Shown: in pieces, positions 58,601 through 64,000 of the stretch
Layout: the number at the start of each line of letters is the position of its first letter
Position numbering within the stretch: position 1 is the first letter of the stretch
Source of the DNA: a virus
IMG/VR virus record: IMGVR_UViG_3300033233_000004
Span: 107,837 to 171,836 of that record
DNA length: 64,000 nt
Direction: 5' to 3' (one strand)
Notes under the pieces: generated by a model
What the model saw: only the letters and a program-made list of their open reading frames with translations
What the model was told of the DNA's origin: nothing
The model's database searches: none
Translations under genes and position numbers: made by a program

Positions 58601-59395
58601 AATAAAATCTTCAACAGGTGCCCACCAATAATGTTTCTCCTGAGTATCACTCTCACTATACCACACAATGTATGGGTTATCTTTCTTCATTTTCTGTATA
58701 GATACTCGCATATCATTGGTACTATGCATGTAGTCTTCCCCTAACTGACGAAGAGCAATATTAAAGGACTCAATTTTGTAGGGTTCCATAACACCACCAC
58801 TATGAGGAGATTTATAGTGATCATAAAGAATGACATCATGAATAGGGAATTGAGATAGTATGTCGGCAGTAGTACTTAGTGGTATTTTGGAATAGGTAGC
58901 CAATTCAGGATCATCGGGATAGAAGAATTGAAAATCCACACGACGATTGTTCCAGTGTGGTTTGGATGCATTGGTAGGGAACTTAGAGTGGTATTCTTCA
59001 GAAAGTTGTAACGATGTCTTACCTCGTATAGGTTGAACGATTACACCAATGTCAAGGTCGCTATCAGGTGTAGCCGTACCTTTAGCCTCTGAGCCAATGA
59101 TGAAGGCATCAAGGATTGGTCGGTGGGTTGGTGCATATAAACTATTACGTAAGGTATTACGCACCCACGATACGGAAGGATAGGCAGAATCAGACACTTT
59201 TCCTACTTTATCCAACTCCACTGTGGAAATCTGACTGGAATCATCATTCTCTTCTAAATTGAAGTCGGAACGTGGTTCGGTAGGCATCGCATCAGAGCCA
59301 CCAGAGGTCGGATTGGACTCTGAGTAATATCGCACAGAAGTCGGGATAGAGGATACCCCGACTTCCAAAGATGTACTTGAGGTAATTTTTTCCAT
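55616..59395 (-). CDS. Large modular protein (1259 aa) with an N-proximal minimal nucleotidyltransferase domain
   Basis: IIGSEAKG...DSDLDIGV; about 10 T[AS]DI[IL]-like linkers. Confidence 0.8.
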   Translation of the reverse strand: MEKITSSTSLEVGVSSIPTSVRYYSESNPTSGGSDAMPTEPRSDFNLEENDDSSQISTVELDKVGKVSDSAYPSVSWVRNTLRNSLYAPTHRPILDAFIIGSEAKGTATPDSDLDIGVIVQPIRGKTSLQLSEEYHSKFPTNASKPHWNNRRVDFQFFYPDDPELATYSKIPLSTTADILSQFPIHDVILYDHYKSPHSGGVMEPYKIESFNIALRQLGEDYMHSTNDMRVSIQKMKKDNPYIVWYSESDTQEKHYWWAPVEDFIDYYEHVEKPLDTTADILSQFPTEPVIGTIYTVKPNQMSALLYDHDPNDEFPTTITFEIVDFGTKAELSKKHAHVFIHVPYTNRSLFQTSLPNDSQLVFGLLRMYYADNELSWKYMALTIEELNYLFVPSSQKKIADIISNIPNFNISIGEIYTNKDITGGIKWEVLDIGTLKDIRYRHPFANQDRPWQEYKDNNTDFFVAIFNSENTYNPRDVIYIPIGLFSENFRLYKKAAIHRTADIINKMQYPIAIGTTWRHREYPYSIVTVLDVCTGKEAEEKFGMSIKELDNWENKYKYSIDSLDDMVVVYNASFNTSRPYAERLDVFMNTRQEQSTIKTADIIGLVGALPKEDIALLVRYGITSGAGWKLKWVRQGNPSKRPLRPETVNLIARAIEDGETEGNVGIVVWKLIVDTPVKQTSSKTADNSELEGEAYPSIVYGDYSQYPRYIKQSVKKYSELEGHYGFIDPNGEPYYDESGIDDHGAIAREIAEKEYNVDLSGTERWTQIKFLLDKGWLRTYFNNIMITDIRKSKNALIKYLRTLNPNTKVRVEYVNEDTGSIIGNQKGRMDFEGTPESVLEQIEFSQYSSIETTADIISIPTVGEKYIQPQQPSDSFYVIAVGRVADLKPSWGDATRYGSPAFSLWGMADKNAIVVIFERTRIHGLRWATIDEWQRIAWQLQKTSDIIGDIVNPSESLLGKEFMHDDPQAQVSWVVDMISPIEEVLPYVPGGALNIDNLRKLPSGTPVVRMHAPYEKDSWIFTPIYELYSDFVPVEEWEKKYNPPIKKADIVGEPQPEHPDLHIGQFVWHNLTFGKSSIVYIGTKLNALQKYPDSSLPSYALSKIGDFDIVIVTLGVDPQYVDGVTSILPLEYFNQFWVTKDPVPDWVSQQQHHLGGKTADIIQPDEKDVDISRLIYKDHRYAWVNQDRGGDIEPNPVKVIVTMPFDVEVTNGEHLRLEIGDTVTIIGIYPDYYEAVTKEGTHIYADYREMDGNTEPYQ

Positions 59396-59412
59396 ATAGG
59401 TACCATGAATCC

Positions 59413-61755
59413 TTACCCTAATGCGGAGAGTGTCGTCTTGTATTTTCTACCAGAGAATGAAGCAATAACCTCTTCTCCACTAATGGACTCGATAATACCA
59501 TCACCAAGGTTTACATCTTTGACAGATGAACCTACTGACCAAAAACCTCTTGATTTTGAAGGGAGACCTTTGTAACCATCGTTGTAACCACGAGTATAAT
59601 CTTCATTTGGAGAATTAAGGGCTACATTTAATGCGGGTTGTCCGTTGACTTTATCCAAATGTCCATTCCTATAGCCATCTTCATAGGTTAAAGCTGCTGA
59701 TGCTTTCTTACCCTTGGTTGTTGATACTGGTGCAGGTTCAGGGGCAGGTTGAACCTGAGATTGGTCTTGAGCACCTGCCGGTGGAACTACTGGTTGAGGT
59801 TGAGGAACACCATTGACCATATCAGATGTACCCGGTGGTGTATCTTCCATAGAGATATTTACAGTACCATCAGTCTTTCTTTGAAACTCAATGTTCGCTG
59901 CTTCCTTGGATTTCATATGAGCTTCATCTTCTTTACGAAGCTTGAACTCTTCAGAACCTTCATCTTCTACTTCCTCACCACGCTTACTGTATTCATGATT
60001 CTTATGGAAGTTCATTTGACCTTCACTGAACCCTGAATCACATGTAGTGCAATAGTATGGCTTCTTAGCAGCAGTTTTCTTCGAAGATATTACCTCCAAC
60101 TTTTGTGTACTTCGCATATCACCATATCCCAACTCATCCCAATCAACTGTAGCAACCAAACCATCTACCCGTAGTACAGTTCCGTGTAAACCACGCTCTC
60201 TATCAAGTACACGTGAACCTATTTGTACTTCTGGATTACCCGGAGTATAAGGTATATTAAGACCTGTAGCGTCATAATTACTACCATAATCAGCTACTGA
60301 CATGAGAACAGATTCCCATGAAGATTTCTTTGGCTTAGTGTCGTGAAGCTTCATACCACGATTTTTCATCCACCATGCGAGTGCGAATGGATTATCCACT
60401 TTCTTGCTCTTCTTCAATTCGTGAACTGTGTATTCCGAATGAGGTGGTGACTTGGCTAAAGTCTTCCATGAAGATTCACCATGAAGACCTTTGTCAAAGT
60501 CATCATTATCTTCCGATGGTTCTGATAAATCTTCCGATGTATCATCCTTCTTTAACTCACCATTATCCTTTGTCGGAGTGCCTATATCGCCTCTGAACTC
60601 ATTAACTATCTGAACGATGTTCTCTGCTGTAAAGAACTTTGGCTCTCCATCCTCACCAATAGCATATGCCACACTACCTTCAGGAACTTCGCAAAGATCG
60701 GTATCGTTGATAGAAGGACTATCAGTAAGCTTTTTCGCTTCATTGGCATCGTCGTCATAACCCTTTGCCTTCTCTTCCAGTTCATTGTGCTTAATACCAT
60801 CTTCGCCTTCCACTTTCTCAGGTGGTACCGTATAATCAGCCTTATATTCAAAGCTGGCTATAAAGTTACCAAGAGGGGTAAGAATTATTGCTGCATCATT
60901 ACGCTCTGGACGAGTGTATGCAACTACAATCAAATTCTCATTGGTAGGTGAGGCTTCACCATTAGGACTGACATAGATGCATTCCTTTGCAGCAATCCTC
61001 TCTTTAAACTTGGCAAATGTACCCATATCCTGCAATACAGCAATATTCTTGGATACACGAGATGCAAATTTAGAACCAATACGATACTTGGTGCCAACTG
61101 TAGATGATTTTGGACGCATATCATGAATGCCCCCATGAATACCGAATGGTTGGCGAGGACTAAATCGTCGTTCTCTATCTTCTAACGATTCGTCTACCAT
61201 AAAATCACTCCCTGTACCAGTAGGATCACCCTCACTTGGCATAAAACGGGTATCACATTTTGGACAAATTATGTTAAAGCCGTTTGTTGGAGAAAAGTCT
61301 TGACTTGCTCCTTGAAAACCACATGATGGGCAGTGATAATATCTAACCGCATTTTTATTAAGATTAAACATGTTCTTCCAAGCACCTGTCTTGTAAGTAG
61401 GTTCTGAACCCTTAGCCAACTCATCGTGTGTCTTCACAGTCTCCGCTCGACCAGCATTCTCATTAGTCAATACGTCCTTGAGATATCGCCAATTTTTCTC
61501 TTTAAGAGAATCACCATTACGGGGATTTGCCTTAAGACGATAAGTCTTATCCATGGCATTCTGTTCCTTCCAAGTGGATATTTCTTTCTTGGCGGGGTCA
61601 CCCGTAGCGGGATATTTGTCCCCTGTAAACTCAGCCCGTAAAGGTGTCTCCTTACCTTTCTCGTTCTTGAATAATACACGTTTTTGCTGTTGCGTAGTCA
61701 GGCTTGTGTTAATGCTTGACAATTTAAGTAATATTTGTTTCCAGTTGATACGCAT
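59413..61755 (-). CDS. Large putative virion protein (780 aa)
   Basis: Zn ribbons CPSC/CPKC and CTTC, SH3-like modules, low-complexity linkers. Confidence 0.7.
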   Translation of the reverse strand: MRINWKQILLKLSSINTSLTTQQQKRVLFKNEKGKETPLRAEFTGDKYPATGDPAKKEISTWKEQNAMDKTYRLKANPRNGDSLKEKNWRYLKDVLTNENAGRAETVKTHDELAKGSEPTYKTGAWKNMFNLNKNAVRYYHCPSCGFQGASQDFSPTNGFNIICPKCDTRFMPSEGDPTGTGSDFMVDESLEDRERRFSPRQPFGIHGGIHDMRPKSSTVGTKYRIGSKFASRVSKNIAVLQDMGTFAKFKERIAAKECIYVSPNGEASPTNENLIVVAYTRPERNDAAIILTPLGNFIASFEYKADYTVPPEKVEGEDGIKHNELEEKAKGYDDDANEAKKLTDSPSINDTDLCEVPEGSVAYAIGEDGEPKFFTAENIVQIVNEFRGDIGTPTKDNGELKKDDTSEDLSEPSEDNDDFDKGLHGESSWKTLAKSPPHSEYTVHELKKSKKVDNPFALAWWMKNRGMKLHDTKPKKSSWESVLMSVADYGSNYDATGLNIPYTPGNPEVQIGSRVLDRERGLHGTVLRVDGLVATVDWDELGYGDMRSTQKLEVISSKKTAAKKPYYCTTCDSGFSEGQMNFHKNHEYSKRGEEVEDEGSEEFKLRKEDEAHMKSKEAANIEFQRKTDGTVNISMEDTPPGTSDMVNGVPQPQPVVPPAGAQDQSQVQPAPEPAPVSTTKGKKASAALTYEDGYRNGHLDKVNGQPALNVALNSPNEDYTRGYNDGYKGLPSKSRGFWSVGSSVKDVNLGDGIIESISGEEVIASFSGRKYKTTLSALG

Positions 61756-61781
61756 GATATTTACTCCATTTGTTTGTTGTA

Positions 61782-63998
61782 TTAGTCTAACTCGTAGACA
61801 TATATTTCACCTTCAAATCCTCTATTAACACCGAGTGATCGAAGAACTTCTTTTGGTAAATCGTTTATGTTCATATAATATGAATCCAAAGTCCTCTGAT
61901 TAAAACCCAATACGTTAAGATATTCACCTCTACCCCGTGCGCTTATACGTCTAACATCCTCGCGAGACAAGCCATGTGCTAACTCAATGGCTTTATCTGC
62001 CATTTCGTCCGTAGCCATAGCATACATACGCCCATCCATCTGGACAACGGGTAAACTATTGTGTGTTCTACCCTGTATTAACGATACGTGTTTAGAACGT
62101 CCTCTTAACATATCCGAAAACTTCAAGTTAATATGTTTATTCGAACCATATTTAGACATAAAATCTTCTTGTGAGCCTTGAAATACAACAGCAGGGATAT
62201 ATGCATACTCATGTTCTTGTAACCATTGCTGCATTTCTGATGATAATTCTCGTCCCGCATACTCATAATATTGACCAACGATATAAGCATACTCTTCTTT
62301 TATATTTTCAGATTCATACGGTTGATAAATGTTAATCAATACTTCTTTGAATTTAACTGGTTGACTATCAAGATACTTCTTAGCTACTTCTATTACATGC
62401 TGAGTGTCAAACCCACTAAAAGCAATACCACTGCCTTGTTCTGTAGAATAATATGCTTGAGTAGCATCATTTACACGCACCCAACCACGAATTAACAGAT
62501 AATTCAAAGCTATTAAACTTACGGTTATAAAGTAATCATTATCTGTTTTCGGAGCTACTTCAAGTAAACTTTGAAGTCTCTTATATACGTCAGGAACATG
62601 CTTTATTAATTCCATAGCTAATATATTATGCACTCCAAATGCTTTTCCTTCTGCGGAATAGAACTTTCCATCGGGGGATAGTAAACCATCTGGAATAGAA
62701 GTCGTATATAATACTCTTGGATGTTGCCCCTGATGTTCCTTGGACTTATAGTAATCATCTCTGTACTGATAATCATCAGCACCTTCTGTAGTCAATGAAG
62801 CCTTGAATTTGAATTGACGTTTCCAACCTGTACCCGATGGAGTATCTTTAGAAACCCCACCTTTCTGCGGAACGAACTGATAACCGGGTATTTGTTGATA
62901 AGTTAATTCACCAGTCTGCGATGGCATATTAAGCAATTTATCTAAAGCTCCTTGAACATCGCCTTGATATACTGGTGTTTCTTCTATTAATTTGAATGAG
63001 TTAATATCATGTTTTAAAAGTATTAATTCAACTTCGGTATTCTTGGGTAAAGTGTTTAAGTATTGACTAATCAAATCACTCTGGTCTTTATTTAAACCAC
63101 TTCCACCAACACCTACTTGGATTATGCCACCATTAATGTATATATAACCTCTACTTAACAATGCGTTATCAGCAGGTACATTAAATCTATTCTGGAATTC
63201 TACTGGTGTCAATCCAAAAAGTTTTTGAACTTCAAAAGCACGTTTATTAAACGGAATCACGTTACCCTGTGGCGTAATTAACGCATCAGATATTTCTGAA
63301 AACTTTAATGATGCATGTTGTGATTTAATAGATTGTAATTCTTCAGGATATACTTGAAAAATATTTCCATCTCTATCTTTAACACGATACATTGCTTCAT
63401 ACATTTTGGTTTCAGGTGTATATTCAACCACAGTAACTATTTGCATATCATTTCTATCATCTATGTTAGTATATAATACCTTACTACCTTCTGGAAATAT
63501 CCACTTAGTATATTCTGGTTGTTCAGGAAAATTCGTAATTATGTCAGCAAGTTTCAACGAAGAAGGTGAAAATAAAACTTGTTCTATTTCTGAAAACTTT
63601 AACGATGCTGTACTTTCTTTCACATACATCCAAGCATCTTGTTCTGCCTTAATCTTTAATACCGATGCATCAAATGGTATACCCGCTAATCGTGCAGCAT
63701 GAGCAGCAGCATGAGCAACATAAGCAGCATCAGCAGCAGAAGAAGCAGCATGAGCAGCATTAGCAGCATTAGCAGCAGCATGGGCAGCATAAGCAGCAGC
63801 ATCAGCATTAGTAGCAGCATAAACAGCAGTATAAGCAGCATCAGCAGCAGCATCAGCAGTTTCTTTTGTTTGATGCTTCAACCACAATCTCGCTGCATCA
63901 ATTGCTGCACGAGGACGGTTATCATTGGGATATGCATCTTCAAATATTTTGATTACTGCTTCTGCACAATATACCGCCCATAAGACGTTAACTATCCT
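61782..63998 (-). CDS. Partial large modular protein; Imm5-like segment, Ala-rich repeat, SLKFS linkers
   Basis: Frame is open past 63887 to the window edge: WAVYCAEAVIKIFEDAYPNDNRPRAAIDAARLW. Confidence 0.75.
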   Translation of the reverse strand, partial: RIVNVLWAVYCAEAVIKIFEDAYPNDNRPRAAIDAARLWLKHQTKETADAAADAAYTAVYAATNADAAAYAAHAAANAANAAHAASSAADAAYVAHAAAHAARLAGIPFDASVLKIKAEQDAWMYVKESTASLKFSEIEQVLFSPSSLKLADIITNFPEQPEYTKWIFPEGSKVLYTNIDDRNDMQIVTVVEYTPETKMYEAMYRVKDRDGNIFQVYPEELQSIKSQHASLKFSEISDALITPQGNVIPFNKRAFEVQKLFGLTPVEFQNRFNVPADNALLSRGYIYINGGIIQVGVGGSGLNKDQSDLISQYLNTLPKNTEVELILLKHDINSFKLIEETPVYQGDVQGALDKLLNMPSQTGELTYQQIPGYQFVPQKGGVSKDTPSGTGWKRQFKFKASLTTEGADDYQYRDDYYKSKEHQGQHPRVLYTTSIPDGLLSPDGKFYSAEGKAFGVHNILAMELIKHVPDVYKRLQSLLEVAPKTDNDYFITVSLIALNYLLIRGWVRVNDATQAYYSTEQGSGIAFSGFDTQHVIEVAKKYLDSQPVKFKEVLINIYQPYESENIKEEYAYIVGQYYEYAGRELSSEMQQWLQEHEYAYIPAVVFQGSQEDFMSKYGSNKHINLKFSDMLRGRSKHVSLIQGRTHNSLPVVQMDGRMYAMATDEMADKAIELAHGLSREDVRRISARGRGEYLNVLGFNQRTLDSYYMNINDLPKEVLRSLGVNRGFEGEIYVYELD
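63695..63860 (-). repeat. Imperfect GCA-based tandem repeat encoding (A-A-X)n
   Basis: AAADAAYTAVYAATNADAAAYAAHAAANAANAAHAA. Confidence 0.85.
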
Positions 63999-64000
63999 TT

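Noticed and set aside
63695-63983. Diversity-generating retroelement or Ser-rich plus-strand ORF
   Set aside because: Simple Ala-codon repeat; no reverse transcriptase or template/variable repeat pair seen.

Overview
This is a 64-kb piece of a large (jumbo-type) dsDNA phage genome, coded almost entirely on the minus strand in genetic code 11. From left to right it holds five blocks. (1) A head module: a major capsid gene split by a 1,024-nt group I intron with a LAGLIDADG endonuclease, a decoration-like gene and a scaffold-like gene. (2) An RNA-repair and translation-support block: Pnk-like kinase, two metallophosphoesterases, Nudix, RlaP-like nucleotidyltransferase, peptide deformylase and CCA-adding enzyme. 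(3) A ~17-kb cluster of 35 tRNAs covering all 20 amino acids, plus tmRNA, several non-canonical tRNA-like RNAs, two HNH endonucleases and an integron-cassette-like insert. (4) A 426-aa TnpB-like RuvC nuclease directly followed by a 4-repeat CRISPR mini-array. Spacer 2 matches the nuclease's own RuvC-III coding region at 32/36 nt, and its three internal mismatches are synonymous. thyX and a class II ribonucleotide reductase follow. (5) About 19 kb of giant ORFs built from small unrelated domains joined by a recurrent KTA-DII / SLKF[AGS]-DII linker, which suggests protease-processed virion cargo polyproteins. The best candidates for new biology are the TnpB-CRISPR unit with its anti-homolog spacer and the linker-punctuated polyproteins. 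All calls were made by eye; no searches were run.
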